From: Candidatus Eremiobacteria bacterium
GTDB taxonomy: Bacteria; Vulcanimicrobiota; Vulcanimicrobiia; Vulcanimicrobiales; Vulcanimicrobiaceae
Length of the DNA: 64,000 bases
Reading direction: 5' to 3'
Assembly: GCA_963758295.1 (NCBI GenBank)
Contig: CAVWUU010000004.1
Location: 416,001-480,000 of the forward strand
In this document: positions 45,245 to 57,433 of the stretch, one piece after another
Numbering within the stretch: position 1 is the first letter of the stretch
How the letters are laid out: every line of letters starts with the position of its first letter
Position numbers and translations under genes: made by a program
Notes under the pieces: model-generated
The model's database searches: none
The model's input: only the letters and a program-made list of their open reading frames with translations
What the model was told of the DNA's origin: nothing

Positions 45245-45273
45245 AGTTTATCAATTGCCGCAATCCGAGTCAA
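45245..45273 (-). promoter_or_regulatory. sigma70-type promoter for the rplC...rpsM segment
   Basis: TTGACT-17 nt-TAAACT, ~105 nt upstream of rplC. Confidence 0.75.
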
Positions 45274-45349
45274 CCCCATTGGTCCTTCGGCTTTGGCGCC
45301 CGACGCTCCGATGCGCAGCCGAAGCCGAATGCGCGGGAACGATGGGATC

Positions 45350-46927
45350 ATGCGTTTCGCCGCTGCCGCGATACTGGGACTTCTCCTCACGGCGTGCGGT
45401 GGCGCGCCCCACAGCGATCGACCGTTCCGGATCGTCCAAACCCAAGACCTTCAGACCCTGAACCCGATCTACGTCTCCGGCGTCGGCGCCCAAGGGCTAG
45501 CCGCGCTGCTCTTTTCCTATTTAGTGAAGATCGACGACCGGGGCCGGCTCGTTCCGGACGTTGCCCTCGCGGTTCCGACATTGCAAAACGGCGGCATTAG
45601 CGCCGACGGGCTCACCGTCACCTACCATCTTCGGCGCGGCGTGCGCTTCTCGGACGGGTCGCCGCTGAGCGCCAAGGATGTGGCCGGAACAATCGCCCGG
45701 CTGGCCGCCGGCGATAGCGACGCACCGACGAGGATCGGGTTCGATGATATCCGCAGCGTCGAAACCCCATCGGCATTAACGGTGCGCGTGCGGCTGAAGC
45801 GGCCGTACGCACCAATCGTTCTTTATGTGTGCGGGCCGGGAAACGCGGTACCGATTTTACCTGCTCATCTGCTGCCGCCCACCCACCGCATGGCGAATCT
45901 CCCATTCAGCTCGGCGCCGGTCGGGTCTGGCCCGTACGTCGTACAGCGCTGGGAGCGGGGCGATCGCCTTGAGCTTCGCGCGAACCCGCGCTACTTTCGC
46001 GGCAAACCGCGCATCGAGCGAATCGATCTCCTTTTCTCGCCCACGTCGACCACCGCCATCCAGCTGCTGCGGACGCACGAAGCCGACGCATACCTCAATG
46101 CCGACGACTCCCAGTACACAACGTTGCGCGCAATGCGTCTGCGAGTCGATCGCGTGCCGATCGATGGTACGGGCGCGCTGATTTTCAACACGCAAGACCG
46201 CACGCTGCGCGACCCGCGCGTTCGCCGCGCGTTTGCGCTCGCGATAAACGCGCCGGCTCTCGTCCAAAGGATGCTGCTCGGACAGCGCGCCTCGAACCCC
46301 GGACGCGGCATGTTCGGTTGGGCGTACGATGAGCGCGCGTTCGCGATGCCGCCGTACGAGCCGCAACGAGCGGCCGCGCTGCTCACGCAAGCGGGATGGA
46401 TGCCCGGCCTCGACCGGATTCGTCAACGCTCCGGCGAGCGGCTCACGCTTGATTTGATCGTTCGAAGCGACAAGCCGAGCGGCGTCGAGCTCGCGACGGA
46501 AATTCAAGCCTACGAACGCGCGGCCGGCATCGACGTCTCCATTCGGCGGTTTCCAATTGCATCGATGGTCGCGCCTTCAGGCCCGTTGTATTCAGGAAAC
46601 TATGCCGTCGCGTTCTTCCCGTTCATCGGCGGGTTCGATCCGGACGTGACGGATCAGTTTGCCTGCGATCGCATTCCACCGCGCGGATTCAACAAACCGC
46701 GTTATTGCAATCCCCGCTTAGATCCGATCATGCGCCAAGCCGCAACGACGTACGACATAAGCAAACGCGCTGCGCTCTATCGCGCGATTCAGAAGACGCT
46801 TGCCCGCGATTTGCCGATCGACACGCTCTATCAAGCGGTATCGATAAACGCGTTTCCCGCTGCGCTCAAAGGCCAGACAACCGCGATCACGACACCCCTA
46901 TGGAATGTCGCCGCTTGGCATTTCTAA
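45350..46927 (+). CDS. Peptide/nickel ABC transporter substrate-binding lipoprotein (family 5)
   Basis: Lipobox LTAC; LRRGVRFSDG, PVGSGPY, DPRVRRA; no permease genes nearby. Confidence 0.92.
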   Translation: MRFAAAAILGLLLTACGGAPHSDRPFRIVQTQDLQTLNPIYVSGVGAQGLAALLFSYLVKIDDRGRLVPDVALAVPTLQNGGISADGLTVTYHLRRGVRFSDGSPLSAKDVAGTIARLAAGDSDAPTRIGFDDIRSVETPSALTVRVRLKRPYAPIVLYVCGPGNAVPILPAHLLPPTHRMANLPFSSAPVGSGPYVVQRWERGDRLELRANPRYFRGKPRIERIDLLFSPTSTTAIQLLRTHEADAYLNADDSQYTTLRAMRLRVDRVPIDGTGALIFNTQDRTLRDPRVRRAFALAINAPALVQRMLLGQRASNPGRGMFGWAYDERAFAMPPYEPQRAAALLTQAGWMPGLDRIRQRSGERLTLDLIVRSDKPSGVELATEIQAYERAAGIDVSIRRFPIASMVAPSGPLYSGNYAVAFFPFIGGFDPDVTDQFACDRIPPRGFNKPRYCNPRLDPIMRQAATTYDISKRAALYRAIQKTLARDLPIDTLYQAVSINAFPAALKGQTTAITTPLWNVAAWHF

Positions 46928-48519
46928 CGGCGCAGGCCCGGAACGCGCAATCGCCGGACGCGTCCACGGTGGCGCTCGGCGTGAAGGCCCTTTTCCCAGG
47001 CGGATAAGAAATCGTCGAAATAGACCGTGCCGATCCAGTGTTCGCCGTCGTCGATCACCGCGAGCACCCGCGTGCCTCGCTCGGCCATCACGTCGGCCGC
47101 GGAACGCACGCGATCGCCGGCGTGCACCCCATGCTCGGGCTGAACGCCTTCGGGGAGGCGCATAATTTCCCGGACCGGAATCAACTCGAGGGGATGCACC
47201 GAATATTCCCGGGCAACGTGCATGCCGCGACGCGCAAGTTTTTCGGTGAGAATCGAGCGCGGGACAAAAATGACGGTAAACGCGGTCGCTGCTATGCAGC
47301 CGATAAAGACCTCTGGCGCGAGGTTCCACGCGTGCGTCGTTTCGAGTGCGAAGAGCGTGCCCATGAACGGCGAACGCATCGTCCCGCCCATGAGAGCGGC
47401 CATTCCGACGATCGCCCATGTCGAAGCATCGTGCATTGGAAGAAGCGGCGCGAGCAACGTTCCGAGAGCAGCGCCGATCATCAGCAACGGCGCTAGCACG
47501 CCCCCCGACGTTCCGGACGACAAACTCAAAATCCAAATGACGATCTTCATGACGATGATCGCCGCGACGACACCGATGGCAAGCTTGGCGTTGACCATAC
47601 CGCCGATCGTCGGATAGCCCACCCCCAAGGCTGCCGGTACGAACCAGCCGCCGATGCCGACGAAAAGACCACCGATCGCGGGCCACCACATCCAGTGCAC
47701 GGGCAGCTTGGCGTAGAGATCTTCCGTGATATACACGAGGCGCGTCATAACGAGCGATACGACGCCGCCGCAAAGTCCAACAAAAGCGGCTGGAATGATT
47801 GCAGCGACTGCAACGTCGTGCGGAACGGCAAGTACGAAGGGCGGCGCCGTGCCGATCAACACCGTGCGCATCAGTTCCGCAACGAACGCTGCGACGGCGA
47901 CGGGAATGAAGCTGCGTGGCCGCCATTCGAACAACAGCAGTTCGACCGCAATCAGAACCGAGGCGATCGGCGCACCAAAGGTTGCGGCCATTCCGCCTGC
48001 CGCGCCCGCCACGAGCAGCGTGCGGCGTTCCATTGACGACAGCTTCAAAAATTGTGCGATGAGCGATCCGCAGGCGCCACCCGTCATGATGATTGGACCT
48101 TCAGCGCCGAATGGACTCCCGGTTCCGATCGTTATCGCCGAGGCCAGCGGTTTCCAAAACGCAACGCGCGCTTGAATGATGCTGTCGCGCTCGAGAATCG
48201 ATTGAATTGCTTCGGGAATCCCATGGCCGCGAATCTTGTCGCTCCCGAATCGCGCGATTAGACCGACGAGAATGCCGCCGATAGCGGGAATCGCGATCGC
48301 GATCGGTCCCCAGTGACGCGGGTCGGGCTGAGTCAGCGTAGCGCCGAACGTGCCAAAATAGGCGACGTGGGTGATGAACCCAATGAGCACGAGCAGCACC
48401 TTGGCCAAGCAAGCGGCGATAACGCCGATCCCGGCCGCATATGCTACGAGCCGGTAGAGGCGCTTGGGATCGGTCGAAAAATCGCTGCTTGCTTGGGGAC
48501 GCACCATAACGGCCACCAT
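46924..48519 (-). CDS. ClC chloride channel/antiporter with CBS-like tail
   Basis: GHGIPE, GAEGP, AGAAGGMAATF.AP, GTSGG. Confidence 0.93.
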   Translation of the reverse strand: MVAVMVRPQASSDFSTDPKRLYRLVAYAAGIGVIAACLAKVLLVLIGFITHVAYFGTFGATLTQPDPRHWGPIAIAIPAIGGILVGLIARFGSDKIRGHGIPEAIQSILERDSIIQARVAFWKPLASAITIGTGSPFGAEGPIIMTGGACGSLIAQFLKLSSMERRTLLVAGAAGGMAATFGAPIASVLIAVELLLFEWRPRSFIPVAVAAFVAELMRTVLIGTAPPFVLAVPHDVAVAAIIPAAFVGLCGGVVSLVMTRLVYITEDLYAKLPVHWMWWPAIGGLFVGIGGWFVPAALGVGYPTIGGMVNAKLAIGVVAAIIVMKIVIWILSLSSGTSGGVLAPLLMIGAALGTLLAPLLPMHDASTWAIVGMAALMGGTMRSPFMGTLFALETTHAWNLAPEVFIGCIAATAFTVIFVPRSILTEKLARRGMHVAREYSVHPLELIPVREIMRLPEGVQPEHGVHAGDRVRSAADVMAERGTRVLAVIDDGEHWIGTVYFDDFLSAWEKGLHAERHRGRVRRLRVPGLRR

Positions 48520-48566
48520 CGTATCCGCGGTCGTTTATTCACGCAGGTGGTTTTGTCGGGTCCTCT

Positions 48567-49757
48567 CTACGTGAAAGCCGCGATTCCCGTGATCTGCTGG
48601 CCAATTACCAGCGTGTGAACTTCGCTTGTGCCTTCGTAGGTAAGGACGGATTCGAGGTTGTTCATGTGGCGGATAACCGGATACTCCAGCGTCACGCCGT
48701 TCGCGCCGAGAATCGTTCGCGCTTCGCGGCAAATTGCCAAGGCTTCGCGCACGTTGTTCAGTTTACCAAAGCTCACTTGCGATGGGTGTAGCGTACCGTT
48801 ATCTTTCATGCGCCCCAAATGCAATGCGACGAGTGTGCCCTTGTTCAGTTCAAGCAGCATATTCACAAGCTTTTCTTGCGTGATTTGAAAACCGCCGATG
48901 GGGCGGTCGAATTGCACGCGCGTCTTGGAGTATTCGAGCGCGCTTTCGTAACACGCGCGCGCGGCGCCCATGGCGCCCCAAATGATACCGTAGCGTGCTT
49001 CGTTCAAACATGCGAGCGGGCCGCGTAGGCCTTCAGCCTTCGGCAGCTGCGCGCTGGACGGTAAACGCACGTCTTGAAGAATGAGTTCGCTCGTGATCGA
49101 CGCGCGCAACGAAATTTTCTTGTGGATGTTCGTCGCACTGAAGCCCGGCGTCTCGGCCGGAACGAGGAACCCGCGAATACCATCGTCGGTGTTCGCCCAC
49201 ACGATAGCAACATCCGAGATCGAACCGTTGGTAATCCACATCTTCGTGCCGTTAAGCACCCAGTCGTCGCCGTCGCGACGCGCAAACGTTCGCATTCCCC
49301 CTGGGTTGCTGCCGAAATCCGGTTCGGTTAACCCGAAACAGCCGATGGCTTCGCCGCGCGCCATGCGCGGCAGCCACTCTTGTTTCTGTTCTTCGCTGCC
49401 CCAGCGGTAGATCGCGTACATCGCAAGCGATCCTTGCACCGACGCGAAGCTGCGCACGCCGGCATCGCCCGCTTCGAGTTCGAGGCACGCAATGCCATAG
49501 GCGACGGCGCTTGCGCCGGGACAGTCATAGCCCTGCAGATGCATCCCGAGCAATCCCAGCCGGCCGAGCTCGCGCCCCAATTCGCGCGGCAGTATGCCTT
49601 CTTCGAACCAATCTGCGACATTCGGCAACACGCGGTCCCGAACGAAACTGCGAACCGTCTCGCGGATCATGCGTTCCTCGTCGGAAAGCAGCGCGTCGAC
49701 GCCGATAAAATCAATGGCGTCCGGCGGAGCGGCGGGTTTGCTTTGCGTCGTGGTCAT
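48567..49757 (-). CDS. Acyl-CoA dehydrogenase (glutaryl-CoA dehydrogenase-like)
   Basis: [30 protein letters not shown]. Confidence 0.92.
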   Translation of the reverse strand: MTTTQSKPAAPPDAIDFIGVDALLSDEERMIRETVRSFVRDRVLPNVADWFEEGILPRELGRELGRLGLLGMHLQGYDCPGASAVAYGIACLELEAGDAGVRSFASVQGSLAMYAIYRWGSEEQKQEWLPRMARGEAIGCFGLTEPDFGSNPGGMRTFARRDGDDWVLNGTKMWITNGSISDVAIVWANTDDGIRGFLVPAETPGFSATNIHKKISLRASITSELILQDVRLPSSAQLPKAEGLRGPLACLNEARYGIIWGAMGAARACYESALEYSKTRVQFDRPIGGFQITQEKLVNMLLELNKGTLVALHLGRMKDNGTLHPSQVSFGKLNNVREALAICREARTILGANGVTLEYPVIRHMNNLESVLTYEGTSEVHTLVIGQQITGIAAFT

Positions 49758-50734
49758 CTGTTTACGGCACTCATATCGGGGTAGCGCTGCCCAGCGGCAG
49801 CGTTGGGTGGAAAGACGCGGTCCAGTTCACGCATTTCCACGTCGGAAAGCGCAACGTCGAGCGCAGCGACGTTTTCTTCAAGGTACTTTACACGTTTCGT
49901 GCCGGGAATCGGCACGACGTCATCGCCTCGATGCAGCAGCCACGCAAGCGCGAGTTGCGATGGCGTGCAGCTTTTTTGGTGGGCCAGCCTCTTCACGTGT
50001 TGCACCAGATCGAGATTCTTCTCGAAATTCCCGCCTTGAAAGCGCGGGTTGTGCCTGCGAAAGTCGTCGTGCGCAAAATCGTCGGGCGACTCGATCGCTC
50101 CGGTCAAGAAACCCCGTCCAAGCGGCGAGTATGCAACGATACCGATGCCGTGACGCCGCGCCGCGTCGAGCTGGCCGTTCTCTTCCAAATCGCGCGACCA
50201 GAGCGACCACTCGTTTTGGAGCGCGGTAATTTTATGCACTTGCACCGCTCGCTCGATGCTTTGGGAACTTGCCTCGGAAAGGCCGAGATGCCGCACCTTG
50301 CCCGCGTGCACGAGTTCTGCCATCGCGCCGACGGTTTCTTCGATCGGCGTTTGCGGATCGACGCGATGCTGATAGTAAAGGTCGATATGGTCGACGCCGA
50401 GGCGCTCCAATGAAGCGTCGCAGGCCTTTTTCACGTAATCGGGGTGCCCGCTGATAGAGCGGCTGCCGCCTGCGTCGCGCACGATGCCGAACTTCGTTGC
50501 AAGAAAGACCCGATCGCGTCGATCGGCAATGGCTTTCCCGACGAGTTCCTCGTTGCGCCCCGTACCGTACATATCAGCGGTGTCCAGCAGCGTGATGCCG
50601 AGCTCGAGCGCGCGATGAATCGTGCGGATAGACTCGGCGTCGTCACCGCTGCCGTAGAATTCGGACATCCCCATGCAGCCCAGTCCCAGCGCTGAAACTT
50701 GCGGACCGCGGGATCCCAAACGACGTTGTTGCAT
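49754..50734 (-). CDS. Aldo/keto reductase
   Basis: [32 protein letters not shown]. Confidence 0.95.
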   Translation of the reverse strand: MQQRRLGSRGPQVSALGLGCMGMSEFYGSGDDAESIRTIHRALELGITLLDTADMYGTGRNEELVGKAIADRRDRVFLATKFGIVRDAGGSRSISGHPDYVKKACDASLERLGVDHIDLYYQHRVDPQTPIEETVGAMAELVHAGKVRHLGLSEASSQSIERAVQVHKITALQNEWSLWSRDLEENGQLDAARRHGIGIVAYSPLGRGFLTGAIESPDDFAHDDFRRHNPRFQGGNFEKNLDLVQHVKRLAHQKSCTPSQLALAWLLHRGDDVVPIPGTKRVKYLEENVAALDVALSDVEMRELDRVFPPNAAAGQRYPDMSAVNR

Positions 50735-50768
50735 GCGAGTACCTTACTTAGGGAACCGCGCTCGGGCG

Positions 50769-51194
50769 CTAGCGCTTTAGAACGCGGGTCAGCTTATCGA
50801 AGAGCGCTTCGGTCGAACGTTCGAACGAGTCTTCCAGACGGCGCCACAGCAGACGCCCGTCCGTGTCGGTAAGGGTTCCCTCGATGCGGTATTCCACCAC
50901 GGTCAACTTGCCGTCGGCCGAGAGATAGAACCCATGGCTTCCATCGACGCCATCGTTGAGGATCCGCCACACAATGCGCTCCTCCGGTACAACCTCTGCC
51001 AGCATGGCATGGATGCCGAGGTGCCACTCTTCGGTGCGGTCCGGCGTAAGCGGTCCCGGCGACCGCATAAACGGCTGCGATGCGAACGGCCAAATTTGGT
51101 CGCCGGACGTCCCCATCTCTTCGAGCAAATGAAAAATCCGGCGTTTCGTACCGTGGAACGTCCGGGACCGCGATTCGCGAAGCTCGATAGGCAT
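50769..51194 (-). CDS. Hypothetical protein, possibly SRPBCC-like
   Basis: Size and PEERIVW..., C-terminal helix; weak. Confidence 0.55.
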   Translation of the reverse strand: MPIELRESRSRTFHGTKRRIFHLLEEMGTSGDQIWPFASQPFMRSPGPLTPDRTEEWHLGIHAMLAEVVPEERIVWRILNDGVDGSHGFYLSADGKLTVVEYRIEGTLTDTDGRLLWRRLEDSFERSTEALFDKLTRVLKR

Positions 51195-51244
51195 GCTCGC
51201 TCGTTCGCGGACCTGGCGCCTAGGTCATTGTGCTGGCACTGCCC

Positions 51245-51989
51245 TTACGAGCGATCTCCTAAAAACGCTTGCGTCTGCCACCGGAACCGTACGCTTCCAC
51301 GACAACTCCAGGTTTCGAAGAGCGCGCTCAGTTCTACGATCAAGTTCTCGTGTTGAGGGCCCGCGCGCGGAAGATATGATGCGGAACGTGCGAATCCCAA
51401 AAGCGCATCGCTTGTTAACGGCTGCTCGTGCGTGACGACGATCGTTCGAACGTCGTTCCATCCCGCATCGGTCAGATCGTTTACCACGGTATTCATACGC
51501 CGGCTGCGATCGATGTTTCCGCCGCTCGCGTCGTAGCGATCGACGATCGCTTCGAACGCTCCGGTAAACGGATCGTTTCGATCGCGGTGATTCCAAACGG
51601 CGGCGAAACGCGCGCGCGGTTTTGCAATACGAAGCGCTTCGCACATTACCGCCGGCGGATCGAACCAGTGATAGGCTTGAAATGCCGAAACGATATCGAT
51701 GCTCGCATGCGGTAGGGTCGTTGCTTCGGCAGTTGCATCAATGGCGCGAACGCGATCTGATACGGAGATCGATTCACGCATCGGTGAGTTTGGTTCGATT
51801 GCGTAAACGAAGGCACCGGCATCTGCGAGCAACGCTGCCGAGATGCCGGTGCCGCGCGCCTAGATCCGCGACGCAAGGACCTTCGAAGCCATCGAGAATC
51901 GCTGCGATGATTTCGCCCGGATAAGACGGCCGGTATGCCGCGTAGTCATTCGCGCGATCGCTAAAGCGTTGCGTCGAATCGTTCGTTAT
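51245..51989 (-). pseudogene. Class I SAM-dependent methyltransferase, frameshifted
   Basis: STQRFSDRANDYAAYRPSYP..VADLGA + extra C (~51854) + GTGIS...EPN, AEATTLP, QAYHWFD; apparent start is ATA overlapping the upstream TAA. Confidence 0.75.
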
Positions 51990-52222
51990 ATTCTCGGTCC
52001 CGCTTCCCGATCGGCAAGCTTGCCCAAATTTTGGACAACGACGATCGCGATGATCGTGACGATGATGGCATAGACGAGTTCAGCCCAAATGCCGCTGCCC
52101 GACTTGAGGAAAAGTGCGATGAGGTCGCTGATGAACTTATTCCAAGCGCCGGCTGCGATAAAGCCGAAAGCTACGGTGGCGAGCGCGATCATGGTCCCCA
52201 GGTAAGTGGGTTTAACTTCCAT
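51986..52222 (-). CDS. Small membrane protein (DUF5654-like)
   Basis: AFGFIAA.AWN..I and YAIIVTIIA pattern; AAGGAG RBS. Confidence 0.7.
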   Translation of the reverse strand: MEVKPTYLGTMIALATVAFGFIAAGAWNKFISDLIALFLKSGSGIWAELVYAIIVTIIAIVVVQNLGKLADREAGPRI

Positions 52223-52322
52223 GGTGTTCTCCTTTGTACAGTGACTAGCGGAAAACAAGAACTAGGCTGGTCCTTCTACAGCATTCGGCACCTTCCCAGG
52301 TGCGCCACCTACCCGGACTCAC

Positions 52323-52360
52323 AAAAGAAAAAGCCCGAAGCAAAGCGCTTCGGGCTTTTC
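52323..52360 (-). terminator. Terminator of rpsL-rpsG-fusA-tuf-rpsJ operon
   Basis: AAAAGCCCGAAGC/GCTTCGGGCTTTT stem with U-tract on the minus strand. Confidence 0.88.
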
Positions 52361-52377
52361 AACACTGATTGCTGTTA

Positions 52378-52686
52378 TTAGGCCTTGAGTTCGATGTCGA
52401 CGCCGGCCGGCAGGTCGAGATGCATCAGAGCATCCATCGTCTTCGGCGACGCTTGCAGGATATCGATGAGGCGCTTGTGGGTGCGCATTTCGAAGTGCTC
52501 GCGCGACTTCTTATCGTTGTTCGTCGAACGCTGTACGCAGAACCGATTGATCTCGGTGGGCAGCGGAACGGGACCGCTCACGAACGCGCCGGTACGCTTC
52601 GCCGTTTCGACGATGCGCTCGGCGGATTGGTCGAGCACTTTATGATCAAACGCTTTCAAGCGAATGCGAATCTTCTGCTTTGACAT
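52378..52686 (-). CDS. rpsJ: 30S ribosomal protein S10
   Basis: [33 protein letters not shown]. Confidence 0.99.
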   Translation of the reverse strand: MSKQKIRIRLKAFDHKVLDQSAERIVETAKRTGAFVSGPVPLPTEINRFCVQRSTNNDKKSREHFEMRTHKRLIDILQASPKTMDALMHLDLPAGVDIELKA

Positions 52687-52804
52687 CTCTATCCTGTAAT
52701 TTCTGTTTTCAAAGAACGAACTCAAAGATGTCCCGGAGGACACATCAGCGGCCATCCTATCATGGCGCCGGTTTTCTGTCTATGCCATCGCTGAGATGCG
52801 CCTG

Positions 52805-52827
52805 CCCTTCGACAAGCTCAGGATGAC
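52805..52827 (-). repeat. REP-like copy between tuf and rpsJ
   Basis: CCCTTCGACAAGCTCAGGATGAC, next to hairpin 52829-52850. Confidence 0.85.
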
Positions 52828-52865
52828 AGGGTGGGGCCGGAGCCCCACCCCCGTTGTGGATCTGG

Positions 52866-54065
<1,200 letters not shown>

Positions 54066-54261
54066 TTTCTACTTTTTGTTCCTCATTAGACCCGTCGATT
54101 GACTCGACGGCTATCGCTAGTTGTTTTTTACGATCCTCGTAGCTGTTGCCGTCGAGGTAGGAGATAAGCCGCCCGCGGCTTATCTCTCGAAATTACCGAC
54201 CCGGCAATTTCCGGAACCGACGTGAGTCCGCTCCGTCGGATTGGCGCGGGCGCCAATCCTG

Positions 54262-56372
54262 TTATGCGGGAGTCGCTTTCTTGCCGGCCGATTTGGCGAT
54301 GATTTCCTCTTCGACCGATTTCGGAGCTTTCTCGTAGTGAGAGAACTCCATCGTGTACGTTGCACGGCCTTGCGTCGCAGAACGCATATCCGTCGCGTAA
54401 CCGAACATTTCCGAAAGCGGCACGTTCGCGAGAATCACTTGTGCACCGCCCGGCGCCTCTTCCGTCGCTTGGATCATCCCGCGACGGCGGTTGAGGTCGC
54501 CCGTGATAGCGCCCATGTAGTCTTTGGGCGTCGTCACTTCGACTTTCATGATGGGCTCGAGCAAAATCGGGCCCGCTGCGCGGTTGGCTTCTTTCCAGCC
54601 CATCGACGCAGCAATCTTGAACGCCATTTCCGACGAGTCGACATCGTGGTACGAACCGTCGAACGCCGTAGCCTTGAAATCGAGAACCGGGAATCCGGCG
54701 AGCACGCCGTTTTGCGACGATTCTTCGATGCCTTGCTGAACGGCCTTGGAGTATTCTTTGGGAACCGCGCCGCCGACGATCTTCCATTCGAACTGGAAAC
54801 CGCTGCCCGGCTCGAGCGGCTCAACGCGGATCCACACGTCACCGAACTGACCCTTACCGCCGGACTGCCGGACAAATTTGCCCTGCTTCTCCACGGTCTT
54901 GGTGATGGCTTCTTTGTACGCGACCTGCGGTTTACCGACGTTGGCTTCGACTTTAAATTCGCGACGCAGACGGTCGACGATGATTTCCAAGATGAAGCTC
55001 GCCCATACCGCCGATGATCGTTTGCTGCGTCTCTTCATCGGTGCGCATACGGAAGGTCGGATCTTCCTGCGCGAGTCGCGCAAGGCCCTTACCGAGCTGA
55101 TCCTGGTCGGCCTTCGACTTAGGCTCGATAGCCTGGAAGATGACCGGTTCGGGGAACGTGATCGACTCGAGGACGATCGGCGTCTTTTCATCGCACAGGG
55201 TGTCGCCGGTGCGCGTGTCGGCTAGACCGACTGCGGCGGCGATATCGCCTGCACCGATCGAATCGATGTCTTCGCGATGGTTCGCGTGCATACGGAGGAT
55301 GCGGCCGATGCGTTCTTTCTTGCCCGAACGCGAATTATAAACGTAGCTGCCCTTCTCGAGCGTGCCCGAGTAAACGCGGAAGTACGTCAAGTTGCCGTAC
55401 GGATCGGTCGCAATCTTGAACGCGAGAGCCGAGAACGGTTCTTTGTCATCGGGCTTGCGCACGATTTCGGCATCGTCGTGCTTCGGATCCGTTCCGACGA
55501 TCGGCTTGGCGTCGAGCGGCGACGGCAGGTACTCGACGATGGCGTCGAGCAGCGGCTGCACGCCCTTGTTCTTGAAGGCTGAACCACAGAGCATCGGAAG
55601 CACCGTGCCGGCAATCGTCGCTTTCCGCAACGCCGCTTGCATGCGCTCGACCGGGAGCTCTTCGCCGCCGAAGAACATCTCCAGCAACTCGTCGTCTTGC
55701 TCGGCGATGGCTTCGACCAACTGTTGGCGCCACTTATCGGCAATCGTCTTGAGTTCGCCGTCGGCATCCGTAACGGGTTCCAGCGATGACGTCGAACCGA
55801 GGTCGTCGGTGTAAACGATCTTCTTCATCGTGAAGAGGTCGACGACGCCTCGGAAGTTGTCTTCCGCGCCGATCGGCACCTGAATCGGAACTGCGCGCGC
55901 GCCGAGACGTTCGCGAATTTTGTCCACGACGTTAAAGAAATCGGCGCCCATGCGGTCCATCTTGTTCACGAAGATGATCCGGGGGACTTTGTACTTGTTG
56001 GCCTGTCGCCAAACGGTTTCCGACTGCGGCTGCACTGCGGCCACCGAATCGAAAAGCGCGACCAAACCGTCGAGCACGCGCAGCGAACGTTCGACTTCGA
56101 CCGTGAAGTCCACGTGGCCAGGCGTATCGATAATGTTGATCCGGTGTTCCCGCCAGGTAGCGGCGGTAGCGGCGGACGTAATCGTGATGCCGCGCTCCTG
56201 CTCCTGGACCATCCAGTCCATCGTCGCGGCGCCGTCGTGAACTTCGCCGATTTTATGGACGCGGCCCGTGTAGAACAGGATGCGTTCGGTGCAGGTGGTC
56301 TTACCGGCATCGATGTGTGCAGCGATGCCGATGTTACGCGTACGTTCGAGCGGAAAATTCTCTTGCAGCCAT
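54262..56372 (-). CDS. fusA: Elongation factor G (two single-base insertions, probably sequencing errors)
   Basis: MAAREF + extra T (~56354) + [27 protein letters not shown] + extra G (~54987) + EIIVDRL. Confidence 0.97.
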
Positions 56373-56375
56373 TGG

Positions 56376-56846
56376 TTACCAGCGGTAGTGGGCAAAGGCT
56401 TTATTGGCCTCGGCCATTTTATGGGTGTCTTCGCGCTTCTTGATCGTCGCGCCGGTGTTGTTCGACGCATCGAGCAGCTCGCCGGCGAGCTTTTCTTCAA
56501 ACGAACGGCCGCCGCGCGCGCGAGCGTAACCGATCAGCCAACGCATGCCCATAGCCTGACGGCGGTCCGGACGGACTTCCATCGGCACCTGGTAGGTGGC
56601 ACCGCCGACGCGGCGCGGTCGGACTTCGACCAGCGGCATCGCATTGGAAAGCGCCTGCTGGAAGACCTCGTACGGATCGCGACCCGTCTTTTCGGCAATA
56701 ATGTCGAGCGCGCCGTACGTGACTTGCTCGGCGGTCGACTTCTTGCCCGCGAGCATCACCTTGTTGATGAAACGCGCGAGAATCTTCGAGTTGTACTTCC
56801 CATCGGGCAGAATCTGCCGCTTCGGGGCCGGACCTTTACGTGGCAT
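56376..56846 (-). CDS. rpsG: 30S ribosomal protein S7
   Basis: [26 protein letters not shown]. Confidence 0.99.
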   Translation of the reverse strand: MPRKGPAPKRQILPDGKYNSKILARFINKVMLAGKKSTAEQVTYGALDIIAEKTGRDPYEVFQQALSNAMPLVEVRPRRVGGATYQVPMEVRPDRRQAMGMRWLIGYARARGGRSFEEKLAGELLDASNNTGATIKKREDTHKMAEANKAFAHYRW

Positions 56847-56871
56847 GGATTTTTCTTACTGTTCCTTTTTA

Positions 56872-56891
56872 GTCCTGAGCCTGTCGAAGGA
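56872..56891 (+). repeat. REP-like copy abutting rpsL stop codon
   Basis: GTCCTGAGCCTGTCGAAGGA. Confidence 0.8.
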
Positions 56892-57332
56892 TTACTTCTT
56901 CGTGGAGCGCTTGGCGCCGTACTTCGAGCGGCCTTGTTTGCGGTTTGCGGTGCCGGCCGTATCGAGCGTGCCGCGGATGATGTGGTAGCGAACGCCCGGG
57001 AGATCTTTCACACGGCCGCCGCGGACAAGCACAACGGAGTGCTCCTGCAGGTTGTGGCCGATGCCGGGAATGTACGCCGTCACTTCTTCGCCGTTGGTCA
57101 AACGGACGCGCGCAACTTTGCGCAGTGCCGAGTTCGGCTTCTTGGGCGTGACCGTCTTCACTTGCGTGCAGACGCCACGGCGCTGCGGATTGCCCGCGAC
57201 TTCAAATTGACGCGTCGGAAGATCCGGATGGCCCGGCTTGGGTCCGGTGAGAATCACGCGAAACGCGCGAGTCTTGACCTTCTTCTCGGTCTTGGCCCGG
57301 CCCTTACGCACGAGCTGATTAATCGTTGGCAC
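56892..57332 (-). CDS. rpsL: 30S ribosomal protein S12 (long N-terminal-region insertion)
   Basis: [30 protein letters not shown]. Confidence 0.99.
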   Translation of the reverse strand: MPTINQLVRKGRAKTEKKVKTRAFRVILTGPKPGHPDLPTRQFEVAGNPQRRGVCTQVKTVTPKKPNSALRKVARVRLTNGEEVTAYIPGIGHNLQEHSVVLVRGGRVKDLPGVRYHIIRGTLDTAGTANRKQGRSKYGAKRSTKK

Positions 57333-57404
57333 TAGCGCTCCCCAGAGATTGCTTTACAACACACACAAAGTCGGCCGCACCTGCGGGTGGGCCTGAACTA
57401 CGGC

Positions 57405-57433
57405 AGTATAGCAAGGAGGATGGGCTGCGTCAA
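57405..57433 (-). promoter_or_regulatory. sigma70-type promoter of the str operon
   Basis: TTGACG-17 nt-TATACT with TGn extended -10. Confidence 0.85.

Noticed and set aside
41053..45461. Long plus-strand ORFs (41053-42453, 43986-45461) and similar antisense ORFs elsewhere
   Set aside because: Shadow frames opposite highly biased GC-rich genes, with no recognisable motifs.
45138..52377. Inserted blocks as prophage or genomic islands
   Set aside because: No integrase, att repeats or mobility genes seen; the content is housekeeping/metabolic and looks compositionally native.
54262..56372. fusA as pseudogene or programmed frameshift
   Set aside because: Two single-base insertions (a T-run and a GG) in an otherwise intact essential gene; the same pattern in rpsK and the methyltransferase points to sequencing/assembly indels. 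Raw reads would settle it.
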